DNA of 64,000 nucleotides, taken from Macrostomum lignano. Taxonomy: Eukaryota. How positions within the stretch are numbered: the stretch's first letter is position 1; each line of letters begins with the position of its first letter. Of this stretch, positions 23,769 through 37,147 are shown piece by piece. The stretch is from contig NIVC01001810.1 in the NCBI GenBank assembly GCA_002269645.1, positions 62,001 through 126,000 of the forward strand, given 5' to 3'. Under the pieces are notes generated by a model. That model did no database searches. It worked only from the letters and a program-made list of their open reading frames with translations, and was not told where the DNA came from. The position numbers and the translations under genes are program-made.

Positions 23769-26700
23769 ATGTCTGAATCAGCCGATCTCGAGGCTGGAGT
23801 GGCCAACCTGGCCGTGGACTGTCCAGAGCAGGCGGACCGAGTTGGCAAGTGGCTGGCCCGCAATGACCGGTTCTGCCGCCGCTCTCCAACTGCCAGCAGC
23901 GCCGCCCGCGAGGAGGCCGCCTCTGACGACAGCGGCCGGCCATCCAGCGTGGACACTGACGCCGCGGCCAGCCCGCGCCAGCAGCAGCAGAAGCAGCAGC
24001 AGCAAAAGCAACAGTCAGCAATTGCTGCCAAGAACCCCGGCGAACCGTCCTCATTAGCAACTGTTGCTAACCAGGACCAACGTGCTAGATTGATTGTCCG
24101 CGGCGCCTCGCCCGTGCCTGGCGACGAGAACGATATTGTGCACCAGTTCCTCATCCCCAACAAGCTGGGCGGCTCCATGGTCGGCACCCGCGGCCGCAAC
24201 ATCAACTACATCCGGGCCAAGTCGGGTGCCTCCGTCTGGATCAGCCGGAACTTCTTTGACAAGAAGACGCAGGTTGTCAATGTGCGAGGTGAGCTGGAGA
24301 TACAAACGGGTAGCCCTTCAGTTTGCACTCTTCAATTTGCACTCTTCAATTTGCACTCTTCAATTTGCACTCTTCAATTTTCGCTCTTCAGTTTGCACTC
24401 TTCAATTTGCACTCTTCAATTTTCGCTCTTCAATTTGCACTCTTCAATTTGCACTCTTCAATTTGCACTCTTCAATTTTCGCTCTTCAATTTGCACTCTT
24501 CAATTTGCACTCTTCAATTTTCGCTCTTCAATTTGCACTCTTCAATTTGCACTCTTCAGTCTGCACCTTCAACTGGCACCGAAAATGCAATAAAGGCCTC
24601 AAAACGGCACCAAGATACACATACTTATGGCCTTAAGAACATGACTAGTTGCGCACTTTTACAAAGACAAACCCCTGCCTCATCGCCTCGAGATCTGACT
24701 AACTAATTAAAATGTATTTTGCTTCCCTTTTGCTCTGTGAGATTAGCCTTTTTGTCTGATCTGAAAGCAAGAAGCTTCAGCGCGGTGAATCCTTCAGTTT
24801 CTAAATTGAACTGGGCTTCAGCTCCTGTCCTGAGCTGCTTCTAAAAGCTGAGCTCTGCCTAATCATTGCCCCGCAGGCCCCGTGAACTGCGTGAAGATCG
24901 CGCTGCAGGTGATCAAGAAGCGCTTTCCCGAGCTGGACGTGAAGCCGATCAACACCGCCGTGCCCATCCAGCGCAACCCGGCGCTGCAGCCCACCATGTG
25001 CCAGGTACGTAGGTTGTTTCAGTTGCAGTCTGCTGCATCTGTTTGACCTCAAGTGACCTCAGTTAACCTCCGTGTCTTTGGGAATGCCCGATTGAAAATA
25101 AATATTCATGTCATGCTAGTCATGAGGATGCAGAATTTCACTGCCTTCCTGTTCCTCATCTGTCTCTTGGCCGTCTCCCCCAGCATCCACTCCATGCCTG
25201 TCGCCTATTGTGTTGCCCAAATTCCCATTGTTCATATTCTCTTTTTCTGAATCGGCTCTCTGCATCACTGAGTCTTGGCACCCGCCTGATAATAGTCCCA
25301 TTGTAATTTTCTATACATATCGGTAGATGAGATAATAGTCCCATTGTAATTTTCTATACATATCGGTAGATGAGATAATAGTCCCATTGTAATTTTCTAT
25401 ACATATCGGTAGATGAGATAATAGTCCCATTGTCATTTTCTATACATATCGGTAGATGAGATAATAGTCCCATTGTAACTTTCTATACATATCGGTAGAT
25501 GAGATAATAGTCCCATTGTAATTTTCTATACATATCGGTAGATAAGATAATAGTCCCATTGTAATTTTCTATACATATCGGTAGATAAGATAATAGTCCC
25601 ATTGTCATTTTCTATACATATCGGTAGATGAGATAATAGTCCCATTGTCATTTTCTATACATATCGGTAGATGAGATAATAGTCCCATTGTCATTTTCTA
25701 TACATATCGGTAGATGAGATAATAGTCCCATTGTCATTTTCTATACATATCGATAGCTAAATCAGAAGCGCCTGTCTAGTCACGAGAGCCGGCCACCCCT
25801 CCCCACTTCTGGAAAATTCCACGCCGCAGAGAAACTTTTTGGGCGCCGGGCGGTGACCTCTTCTTTCTTCTCTGACCTAAAAATAGCATTTCTAGCAAAA
25901 CAGCTCGCACTTCTCTCAAGTAAATTTTGAAAAAAATTAAGTTGGAAACTTCAAGGTGAGCCCCTCACAGCCCCGCTATCCTATCTCGCATTGTTTTTCT
26001 CTCCGTTGCTTTCTTATATGCTCGAGACTTGCTGAAAAAAACCCTGCTTTGACTTGGCTGGTTCGGCGTCATGTGACTCTGGGGTGCCTTGTGTTGTTTT
26101 TTTGTACTGCCAGAGCGCAGCCCCGCCCCCCCCCCCCCTGCCCGTTCATTAAGAGTTTAGACTCGCCCGACTGTTAAAGTAGCCAGAGTTTATCTCATTT
26201 GCTGGTCCTCAGGAATAGCTGATAATCTAGAATAGCTGACAGTCTAGAATAGCTGACAGTCTGGAATAGCTGACAGTCTAGAATAGCTGACAGTCTGGAA
26301 TAGCTGACAGTCTGGAATAGCTGACAGTCTGGAATAGCTGACAGTCTGGAATAGCTGACTGTCTGAATGCTGACTGTCTGGAATAGCTGACAGTCCGAAA
26401 TAGCTGACAGTCTAGAATAGCTGACAGTCTAGAATAGCTGACAGTCTAGAATAGCTGACAGTCCGAAATAGCTGACTGTCTAGAATAGCTGACTGTCTGG
26501 AATAGCTGACTGTCTGGAATAGCTGACAGTCTAGAATAGCTGACAGTCTGGAATAGCTGACAGTCTAGAATAGCTGACAGTCTAGAATAGCTGACAGTCC
26601 GAAATAGCTGACTGTCTAGAATAGCTGACTGTCTGGAATAGCTGACTGTCTGGAATAGCTGACAGTCTAGAATAGCTGACAGTCTGGAATAGCTGACAGT

Positions 26701-29700
26701 CTAGAATAGCTGACAGTCTGGAATAGCTGACAGTCTGGAATAGCTGACAGTCTGGAATAGCTGACTGTCTGGAATAGCTGACAGTCTAGAATAGCTGACA
26801 GTCTGGAATAGCTGACAGTCTGGAATAGCTGACAGTCTAGAATAGCTGACAGTCTGGAATAGCTGACAGTCTGGAATAGCTGACAGTCTAGAATAGCTGA
26901 CAGTCTGGAATAGCTGACAGTCTGGAATAGCTGACTGTCTGGAATAGCAGACAGTCTGGAATAGCTGACAGTCTGGAATAGCTGACAGTCTGGAATAGCT
27001 GACAGTCTGGAATAGCAGACAGTCTGGAATAGCTGACAGTCTGGAATAGCGGACAGTCTGGAATAGCTGACAGTCTGGAATAGCTGACAGTCTGGAATAG
27101 CTGACAGTCTGGAATAGCTGACAGTCTGGAATAGCTGACAGTCTGGAATAGCTGACAGTCTGGAATAGCTGACTGTCTGGAATAGCTGACAGTCTGGAAT
27201 AGCTGACAGTCTGGAATAGCTGACAGTCTGGAATAGCTGACAGTCTGGAATAGCTGACTGTCTGGAATAGCTGACAGTCTGGAATAGCTGACAGTCTGGA
27301 ATAGCTGACAGTCTGGAATAGCTGACAGTCTGGAATAGCTGACAGTCTGGAATAGCTGACAGTCTGGAATAGCTGACAGTCTGGAATAGCTGACAGTCTG
27401 GAATAGCTGACTGTCTGGAATAGCAGATTTCTGTTTCAAAGACATATTTATGCAAGTTTCAGGCAGACTGAGGGTGTGGCCAATGTTGTTAGGCGGTCTC
27501 TCCTTTGAAGTTTTATTTTTCCCGTCGATAATTATTTTTGCTAATTTAGCCTAGCGGGAGCGAATGCGTTTTACAGTCACGAATGCTGCTGGAAGGTCAC
27601 GGCTGCGGTTTAGGGGGGGGGCTTCTGAGCTTTGTTTCACTTCCTGGAATTGAAGCAATGGATGCAGCAGCTTGTGAGCTCTATTGTGGGGGGTCACGCT
27701 TTTGAGCTTACTCATGAGGTCAATTTTTCATAGAGTAAGACGCGGTTGGCTCTCGATTGTGTCCTGGGTTCGATTCTACATTATTTTATTTCGCGCGATT
27801 TGCGCTTATGTGAGTCAAACCCACATGGCAGAGTTGTGCATTGCAGCAGAATTTTCAGAAATTGGGTTGCTGGCTCGCACGCTTGCTATCGGCTCTTGTC
27901 TGGGCGGTCTCACCTTTCTGTCCCGGTTGCCTTCCGTGAACTGGGAGACAACCTTATGCCTTTATGGGGATTTGAGAAAAATTTGGTATTTCAAAATCGC
28001 TAGCGTTTTATTGAGATCGGGGAGGAGGAGCCGGTTGCGCCTGTCAGCTGACTCGGGGCTCCGTATGCTGGCCTGGAGTCGGGGGGAGGGGTAACGCTCA
28101 GCCATTCTCTGCCATGGAGTGCTAGAATGCAGCATCTGGAGTGGAAACCAGCGCTGAGGTAATTCTGCGGCCATTCCGGTGACTCCTGAGTACACACCAC
28201 GTACGGAATCGAACCCTGGCCCGAGAGTCACACGCGCTTACCGCTGAACTGCTCCGCCCCACCCCCTGCAGACCAGTTACAACGAAGGTCGTTTTGGTTC
28301 TTTGAGTCCAGCATCATCTTTTTATCGATTAAAAACTGGGGATTCCGAGAAAAGAAGTTTTCAAGCCGGTCGCAGTCTTTGTAGTCTGCAGCAAAATCTG
28401 TTATGTCGCATTGCTCAGTGTTAAGCAGAGCTGCACTGCTCTGGCCCTGTTAATGTGGTCATTTTTATGAGAGGAAAGTTTCAATATGCAGAGACAGAAC
28501 GGAGAGACAGGGCGCTCTCTCATTTGTAGTGTAAAGTGAAGTGTTTCTGTCTGTCTGCTGCCAGTGTGGAGCTCCCACAGCCGCCAGAACTCTCCGATCC
28601 AGGCACTGAGCACTCGGCTTGCCCTCGCGCAGCTGGCCCGAGCTCAAGTTTGCTGTTTGAATTTCCTTTTCTGTCTGTATTTGGCCTCCCTCCCCCCGGT
28701 GACCTCCCCCGCTGTAAAAGGTTTTGCTTGCCCCGGGATTCACTAACGAACCCGGTGCTGCGTCTGTGAAAGTTTTCTCCTGTGCCTATCGGCTTGCGTT
28801 CTGCTGGGGGGCCTGCAGGAACTTTCATTTCAATAATTTTGCTTTCATTATATGCATTCTAATGTCAGCTTTTCCTCTCTGTCCAAGTAATTAACGTCTG
28901 CTGCTTTGCAAAATATTGTAAGAGAATTAATAACTTTTGCCAGGAACTGCACTGGCTGGGCGTAGGCTAGAGAATACTTTGGTGTCTGCGAATACTCTGA
29001 CTTGATACAGCTCTGTCTGCGCAAGTGAATGTGGGTGAAGAATGGGTCTGTCTGCGCAAGTGAATGTGGGTAAAGAATGGGTCTGTCTGCACAGGTGAAT
29101 GTGGGTGAAGAATGGGTCTGTCTGCACAGGTGAATGTGGGTGAAGAATGGGTCTGTCTGCGCAAGTGAATGTGGGTAAAGAATGGGTCTGTCTGCACAGG
29201 TGAATGTGGGTGAAGAATGGGTCTGTCTGCACAGGTGAATGTGGGTGAAGAATGGGTCTGTCTGCACAGGTGAATGTGGGTGAAGAATGGGTCTGTCTGC
29301 GCAAGTGAATGTGGGTGAAGAATGGGTCTGTCTGCACAGGTGAATGTGGGTGAAGAATGGGTCTGTCTGCACAGGTGAATGTGGGTGAAGAATGGGTCTG
29401 TCTGCACAGGTGAATGTGGGTGAAGAATGGGTCTGTCTGCGCAAGTGAATGTGGGTGAAGAATGGGTCTGTCTGCACAGGTGAATGTGGGTAAAGAATGG
29501 GTCTGTCTGCACAGGTGAATGTGGGTGAAGAATGGGTCTGTCTGCACAGGTGAATGTGGGTGAAGAATGGGTCTGTCTGCGCAAGTGAATGTGGGTAAAG
29601 AATGGGTCTGTCTGCACAGGTGAATGTGGGTGAAGAATGGGTCTGTCTGCACAGGTGAATGTGGGTGAAGAATGGGTCTGTCTGCGCAAGTGAATGTGGG

Positions 29701-32700
29701 TGAAGAATGGGTCTGTCTGCACAGGTGAATGAGGGTAAAGAATGGGTCTCCCAGTGCAGAGCAAGACTTGATGCAGATGAAGAATGAATGCAGAGGTGAA
29801 TCTGCATTCAGAGGTGATGAAGAATGAAAGCAGAGAAGAATGAATGCAGAGTGCCTTCACTGCACAGGTGAATGCAGATGCTCTGTCTGCACAGGTGAAT
29901 GTGGGTAAAGAATGGGTTTCTCAGTGCAGAGCAAGACTTGATGCAGCTAGGCTGACTGTATCGAGTATTTTATCGCGTGACTCTTACGCTCGTAGTAGCG
30001 TTTTATATTGCCCTGTCTTATCCCTGTCGATCAAACTTTGGGATATCAGCGCCATACGGACTGAAACTCGAAGCCTCTACTGCCGGGTGGTCTTTATTTA
30101 TTCAGCAGTCCATGGCTTTAGTGGCCCGTGAGTTTGCTATATGCTCCAGGATTGGAGAGCCATCGGCTGCATAAGAGCTTCCAGTCAGTGCGGGGGAGGC
30201 GTGCGAACAAAACCAAGGCAGCGCAGGTTCTGTGTGCCCAGTCGGCCAGGTGGGAGGGGAGGGGGGCCAGGCAGTGTCTGGCAGATCTCGCACTCCATTG
30301 TAGCTTCTGCTAATAGACTACTTTTTCTGGGGGGGTAAACAGCCGATAAGATAGAATGGAAACTCGTTCCAGTTTGCTGTGTATTTTAATCTGCAGAAAT
30401 CGATAGCAGGTCTGTTCGGTTAGGTACAGTACGGCTTCTGCTCTGCAGTTCAATGCAGCCAAGTTCTGTTCATATCAGCCTTGCGGCTTGACCCACGTGT
30501 TTAGCGCTGGATTGCTAGCCGGGCTTGACCTTCACCTTCCTAAGTCTGATAGTCTTCCTACACTTTAAATGCTGTCAACAAGCTTTTTGTTATCTCAAAT
30601 TTGAAGGCACCTTTGATCGCTGGTCTGGTCGTTTGTTTGGTCACAGAGAATTCACATGCCACTTGGATCATTTCAAGTTGATTAGATCACCGACAACAGA
30701 CAGAGTCACCGGTTGGGTCACTGGTCACTTGGTTGGGTCACTGGTCACTTGGTTGGGTCACTGGCCACTTGGTTGGGTCACTGGCCACTTGGTTGGATCA
30801 CTGGTCACTTGGTTGGGTCACTGGTCACTTGGTTGGGTCACTGGTCACTTGGTTGGGTCACTGGCCACTTGGTTGGGTCACTGGTCACTTGGTTGGGTCA
30901 CAGACATCAGGTGATTAGTCACTTGGTTGGGTCACAGACATCAGGTGATTAGTCACTTGGTTGGGTCACTGACATCGAGTCACTGGTCTTTTGGTTGGGT
31001 CACTGAAATCGGGTCACTGGTCACTTGGTTGGGTCACTGGTCACTTGGTTGGGTCACTGGTCACTTGGTTGGGTCACTGGTCACTTGGTTGGGTCACTGG
31101 TCACTTGGTTGGGTCACTGGTCACTTGGTTGGGTCACTGACCTCTGGTCACTGGAACTGGATCACTAAACCGCTTTCTAACCGCTGACCCCGCCGCTGTC
31201 TCCAGCTGAACCTTCCAGTCGGCGCCCTGGTGGACGTGATCGTGTGCGCCATGTGCCGGGGCACCACCCTGTTCATGCAGCAGCCGACTCACCCCAGCTT
31301 CCACCACCTGGAGAAGATGGATTTCTCCATCCAGAAGCACTACGCCGACCAGGCCGCCGTGCCCTCGCTGCCCCGCCCGGTGAACCCCGGCGCCGTCTGC
31401 GTGGCGCCGTTCGGCTCCGCTTGGCACCGGGCGATCATCGCCGATGTGTTCCCGGAGGACGACATGGTGCTGATGAAGTACCTGGACTGGGGCGGCTACG
31501 AAAGGATGCCAGTCAGCTGCCTGAAGCAGATCCGGTGAGAGCAGTGCCACAGTCTATCCCCAGCTCGAATCCCCATTCCCAGCTGGAATCCCCATTCCCA
31601 GCTGGAATCCCCATTCCCAGCTCGAATCCCCATTCCCAGCTGGAATCCCCATTCCCAGCTGGAATCCCCATTCCCAGCTCGAATCCCCATTCCCAGCTGG
31701 AATCCCCATTCCCAGCTCGAATCCCCATTCCCAGCTCGAATCCCCATTCCCAGCTGGAATCCCCATTCCCAGCTCGAATCCCCATTCCCAGCTGGAATCC
31801 CCGTTCCCAGCTCGAATCCCCATTCCCAGCTGGAATCCCCATTCCCAGCTCGAATCCCCATTCCCAGCTGGAATCCCCCTTCCCAGCTGGAATCCCCGTT
31901 CCCAGCTCGAATCCCCATTCCCAGCTCGAATCCCCATTCCCAGCTGGAATCCCCGTTCCCAGCTCGAATCCCCATTCCCAGCTGGAATCCCCATTCCCAG
32001 CTCGAATCCCCATTCCCAGCTGGAATCCCCCTTCCCAGCTGGAATCCCCATCCCCAGCTCGAATCCCCATTCCCAGCTGGAATCCCCATTCCCAGCTTGA
32101 ATCCCCAGCCAATTATTATTTAAAATCCTCATTCGATTCCCTTTTTGCAATTGAAATTCAATCCCAATTTCATCCTCTACTCAAATCCGCAATATCTGCA
32201 GTCGATTGAAATCCCCTCTCTCCAATAACAGCCGCAGCTATTTTATCAATTAATCCCCCTTAGCCATGTATTTCCCCCTGAATTTCCCGTCTGCCAGCTT
32301 GCGGAGACAGACGGCTTAGCCCTGTGTGTGTGGGAATTTCACCTCCTGCGTAGGCTGCTGGCTGAGCTGAGTTTAGATTGTCCTGCCTGCCATATTTGGC
32401 AGTCCCACCCGCCCAGTGTCTCTTGGCGATTTTTTGAGTCCCCAGCTGGGCTGACGACTGGCCAGGTAGAGAGTTTCACCCAGCCCAGGTGGGCAGCGGG
32501 GTCAGTGAATTAATCTGGATTGCAGCTGATCCACTGCTGCTTCTGCCACCTGCGGTTTAATTGTCCTTTGGCTACTAGATATCTTCCCCATATCTATTCT
32601 CCCCTTGCCTGACACCTTCCCCATATCTATTCTCCCCTTGCCTGACACCTTCCCCATATCTATTCTCCCCTTGTCTGCCACCTTCCCCATATCTATTCTC

Positions 32701-34402
32701 CCCTTGTCTGACACCTTCCCCATATCTATTCTCCCCTTGCCTAACACCTTCCCCATATCTATTCTCCCCTTGTCTGACACCTTCCCCATATCTATTCTCC
32801 CCTTGCCTGACACCTTCCCCATATCTATTCTCCCCTTGCCTGACACCTTCCCCATATCTATTCTATCCTGTGTTTAGCATATTCCCATATCTATTCCCCC
32901 TGTGTTCTGCATCTTCCTCTTATCTATTCTCCCATTGCCTGTCCCTTGTCTAGTCTCAGCTTGGGAGCTGCCTCCACTTACCGTGTTTGCCCCGGTCAGT
33001 TCCATTAGGCGCCGTGATCAATGGGATTTACAAACAACAGGATTGAAGCTTCACGAGTCCCATCGCATTCCTGGAGCCTGTTTGGGAAGAATGAATTTTA
33101 TGCTCTCCAGGAGCTCCGCGGAATTGAAGGAATGTCTGGCGTGTTTGCTTTAGCCTCCAGACCGAGCTCGTAAATGCAGTCTTTAATTGCCGCCGCTTCA
33201 GCTGTTCCAGCTTGCTTTTGAGTGCGCCAGATCCCATAGCCGGAACTCAGATCGGTCAGCTGCGGACTATCGCAATAACCGATTTTCCGCAGGGTAAAAC
33301 AGTTGGCCTGACTGGTGCCTCTTTTCTGCGATGTACCGCACCTTATCCCCCTTCCCTACTCACCCGCTCTGTTTCTTTTTGTGGCTTTTTCTCTCTCACG
33401 TTTTCCCATCTCCGCTCCCCATTTATTTACCTTCTCCAATCCATCTCCAATTTTCTATCCACCCTCTGTCCGCCCCATCTGTGCCTTCCTATCCGCCACT
33501 ATCCGCCCCCTGCGGTCCATCTCCGCTCCTCTCCGCTCCCTCTCCGCCCCTCTCCGCTTCATCTCCGCCTTCCTATTTGCTCCTCTGCTCCCCTCTCCGC
33601 CCCCTATCCGCCCCCTGTCCGCTCCTCTCCGCCCCTCTCCGCCACTTCTCTGCCCCTCTCCGCCTCATCTCCGCCCCTCTCCGCCCTTCTCCGCCCCTCT
33701 CAGCCCTTCTCCTCCCCTCTCCGCTCCCTCTCCGCACCTCTCCGCACCTCTCCGCACCTCTCCGCCCCTCTCCGCACCTCTCCGCCCCTCTCCGCACCTC
33801 TCCGCACCTCTCCGCACCTCTCCGCCCCCTCTCCGCCCACCTCCCCGCTCCTCTCCGCCCCTCTCCTTCCCATCCCCGTCTTCCTATCTGCCCCCATCTC
33901 CCCGGGGCCCTCCGCTTCCCTTGTAGCTTTTTCCCTGAAGCTCTGAATAAAGAGCTGCTCTACATATCGGCAGTCAGGCCAGCAATCAATGGCTGTTTCA
34001 TACCCCTCTCGAGCAGCTGCAGAGCCCCAGCCAGATGCGCGGCCAATCAAGCTCCAATTAAATGCCCGCCCCCGCCGCTCCCGCAGCACGGAGATGATGC
34101 ACCTGCCGTTCCAGGCGGTCGAGGGTCACCTGGCCTACGTGTCGCCGGTGCTGACGCAGGACGAGGATCCGGAAGCTCAGCTGGACGCCTTCAGCCGGAT
34201 GGTGCACGAGCAGTTTATCGGGTCGCGCAGGCTGAAGTGCCAAGTTGTGTACTTTAACGACGTCAACCAGCCCTGCGTGTACGTGTACACCAGGGAGGGC
34301 CAGTCGGAGCCCTGGCGCTGCCTGCAGGACGAACTCGTAGCTGCCGGGCTAGCGCAGTGGTTCCCGGTGCCGCGGGTGCCACCGCAGATGCCGCAGGCGT
34401 GA
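23769..34402 (+). CDS. AKAP1: KH + Tudor domain protein, AKAP1/Spoonbill-like; exons 23769(exon from 23695)-24288, 24877-25004, 31206-31534, 34087-34402
   Basis: KH: HQFLIPNKLGGSMVGTRGRNINYIRAKSGA..ALQVIKKRFP; Tudor: FMQQPTHPSF, AWHRAII, YLDWGGY, LKQIR|TEMMHLPFQAVE, typical of the AKAP1 family; GT-AG introns in phase. Start codon uncertain. Confidence 0.88.
24318..24562. repeat. Intronic short-unit repeat (TTCAATTTGCACTC-type)
   Basis: Tandem copies shortly after the KH exon donor. Confidence 0.9.
25290..25752. repeat. 43-bp tandem repeat (ATAATAGTCCCATTGTAATTTTCTATACATATCGGTAGATGAG)
   Basis: About 11 copies, period 43. Confidence 0.95.
26212..27425. repeat. 17-bp minisatellite (GGAATAGCTGACAGTCT)
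   Basis: About 70 copies. Confidence 0.97.
28190..28260 (-). mobile_element. tRNA-related SINE-like head (Pol III A and B boxes)
   Basis: Minus strand GGGGCGGAGCAGTTCAGCGGTAAG..GGGTTCGATTCCG: A-box-like AGTTCAGCGGT and B box GGTTCGATTCC, with no intact acceptor stem. Confidence 0.55.
28990..29750. repeat. 35-bp minisatellite (GTCTGTCTGCACAGGTGAATGTGGGTGAAGAATGG)
   Basis: About 21 copies. Confidence 0.96.
30705..31150. repeat. 20-bp minisatellite (CACTGGTCACTTGGTTGGGT)
   Basis: Tandem copies just upstream of the Tudor exon acceptor. Confidence 0.95.
31555..32110. repeat. 19-bp minisatellite (GAATCCCCATTCCCAGCTG/C)
   Basis: About 29 copies starting ~20 nt after the donor at 31535. Confidence 0.96.
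32580..32865. repeat. 33-bp tandem repeat (CCTTCCCCATATCTATTCTCCCCTTGCCTGACA)
   Basis: About 8 copies. Confidence 0.93.
33500..33900. repeat. Pyrimidine-rich ~10-bp repeat (CTCCGCACCT/CTCCGCCCCT)
   Basis: Degenerate tandem copies. Confidence 0.88.
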
Positions 34403-34625
34403 CAGTAGGGCTCGGAACTGGGTGTCACTGAGTGCGCGTCTCCGTGCTGGCTTGCTAAAGGCTGAGCTGCAGATTGAAGTTTGTCACTCCGTTTGAGGTG
34501 AAATTTTCAATCTGTCAATCCAGTGTGACTCACCCTTCAGCAAGCCAGCTGCAGCTCCATCTGTTAGTCATCGAGTCATCCTCAGATTAACCATTGATCA
34601 CCGTACTGGCTTTCTAACCGATCAG

Positions 34626-34870
<245 letters not shown>

Positions 34871-35473
34871 CCGTTTTGCCGTGGCGCCTGCATTTTCGCC
34901 CCATTCTAATCACCTATCCTTTTATCTGCTATTCTTCATTGGTGTTCAAACGCTTCACAGATGATATAATTCATTCACAGGCATATTTAATTACTCTCTT
35001 ATCAGTTTCGGTGTTGGATTATTGCTATTTTCAGTGTCTATACAATCGCATATTTTATCCTCCATACGGCTATAATTGTTGCCCACTGTTGGTGTCGTTT
35101 CCTACGCGTGCCTGACAGATGTTTTATTTAACTTAAATATTTTAGCTAGCAGCAGCGTATTGCTTCACTGCGGATCGTGTCCGAACTGCACTACTAGCCC
35201 GCCCTGTTCAGTAGCATCCCATGAGCCTGTAAAACTAGATTTTTCATGTTTACTCTGAAGTTTGCTCATCCTCTTTTTCGAATTTAAAATTAGTGAATAT
35301 CGTTGAGAGCGCATTGCACCGTGTTTTTATTGCGTTTTCTGGCACTCTCGCCTGCACTTTAAATATTTTAGGCACCTGTGTGAATGGCTGGGGCTGCGCT
35401 GCACATGCTGGGGACAGGAGGCCGCCCTTGTGCAATTCCTGATGGGGCTTGGCAGCTGTACAGAGGTGCTCTT

Positions 35474-36183
35474 TGGGCCAGCCTCCCAGATCCTCAGTTG
35501 CTGGGCCAGCCTCCCAGATCCTCAGTTGCTGGGCCAGCCTCCCAGATCCTCAGTTGCTGGGCCAGCCTCCCAGATCCTCAGTTGCTGGGCCAGCCTCCCA
35601 GATCCTCAGTTGCTGGGCCAGCCTCCCAGATCCTCAGTTGCTGGGCCAGCCTCCCAGATCCTCAGTTGCTGGGCCAGCCTCCCAGATCCTCAGTTGCTGG
35701 GCCAGCCTCCCAGATCCTCAGTTATTGGGCCAGCCTCCCAGATCCTTAGTTGCTGGGCCAGCCTCCCAGAGTGTCAGTTGCTGGGCCAGCCTCCCAGATC
35801 CTTAGTTGCTGGGCCAGCCTCCCAGATCCTTAGTTGCTGGGCCAGCCTCCCAGATCCTTAGTTGCTGGGCCAGCCTCCCAGAGTGTCAGTTGCTGGGCCA
35901 GCCTCCCAGATCCTCAGTTGCTGGGCCAGCCTCCCAGATCCTCAGTTGCTGGGCCAGCCTCCCAGATCCTCAGTTGCTGGGCCAGCCTCCCAGATCCTCA
36001 GTTGCTGGGCCAGCCTCCCAGATCCTCAGTTGCTGGGCCAGCCTCCCAGATCCTTAGTTGCTGGGCCAGCCTTCCAGATCCTCAGTTGCTGGGCCAGCCT
36101 CCCAGATCCTTAGTTGCTGGGCCAGCCTCCCAGATCCTCAGTTGCTGGGCCAGCCTCCCAGATCCTTAGTTGCTGGGCCAGCC
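35474..36183. repeat. 28-bp minisatellite (GGGCCAGCCTCCCAGATCCTCAGTTGCT)
   Basis: About 25 copies. Confidence 0.96.
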
Positions 36184-37147
36184 TGTATGTATGCACAGGT
36201 ATTTGCACAGGCGTATGCACAGGTGTTTGCCCGCCATCGCACAGTTCCATGTTGTCCCATCACTTCTTTTCCGTTATTCGAAAAAAAATATTTTTATCTG
36301 CAATGCAAGACCTCTTCGGAGTTGCCGCCTCTCAGGAGAGAAAAAGTTTTTTTTCTGATTTTTTTGTTCAAGGCTTTTCTGCCCATACTACTGCTACTAA
36401 CCCGTCTAAGTAGTGCAGTGCAGATGCGTTTTTTTCGATGTTTTGCAAGTTTTTTTAGCGGAAGCGTTCTGTGCGGCTCTGCTCCTTTTCCTATATGTCA
36501 ATCAGCTTTAGTTATTTATTATGCTAACCAAATTAATTTACAGTTATTGTTGAACTCGGGTCCGCTTGCATTCTGTGTAGATCGTATCAGTGCTCCCATG
36601 CTTGTAGCAACAGCTACTCCCCGATATTTGTCTCCGCTTGAAACTGCAGTGTGTTGTGCTTGAGCCGTTTCTCCGTGTCCTGTTTATTTCCTATAATTTG
36701 TTAATGCTGCTATACTCAAATTTTACTAGCGTTCCCAATTGTACAAACCTTTCGAGACGATAAAATTGAGCGACGTAAATTCAGAAAAAAATATTTTTAA
36801 TCCATTATAGTTGGTCATCCAGACTCCCCCATCTTTCCCCTTGGCATCAAACATTTTATTGGTTTTTTAACTCGCCGCCATGTCACACGAGCTTGGGGGT
36901 TGCCTTTTTTTAATCTGCAACAGGAATTGTGTTTTTGCTGGTGTTCAAAGTGTCCCGACTGTTGGATTTATTGATACCATTTCATTTTTCTCGAGTCAGC
37001 AAAATATTGTTAGACTTTTTGTTTTGGACTTTTTGAAGAAAATTTTAAAGATAAAGACCGAAATTCTACTCGCCTATCGTTAATTAAGCTTTAAATGACT
37101 TGTGCTTTCTGGCCGCGTTGCTCTTTTGTGGGGACTCTAGATGCAAG

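Noticed and set aside
28190-28260. Functional tRNA gene
   Set aside because: A and B boxes are present but there is no acceptor stem or cloverleaf; called SINE-like.
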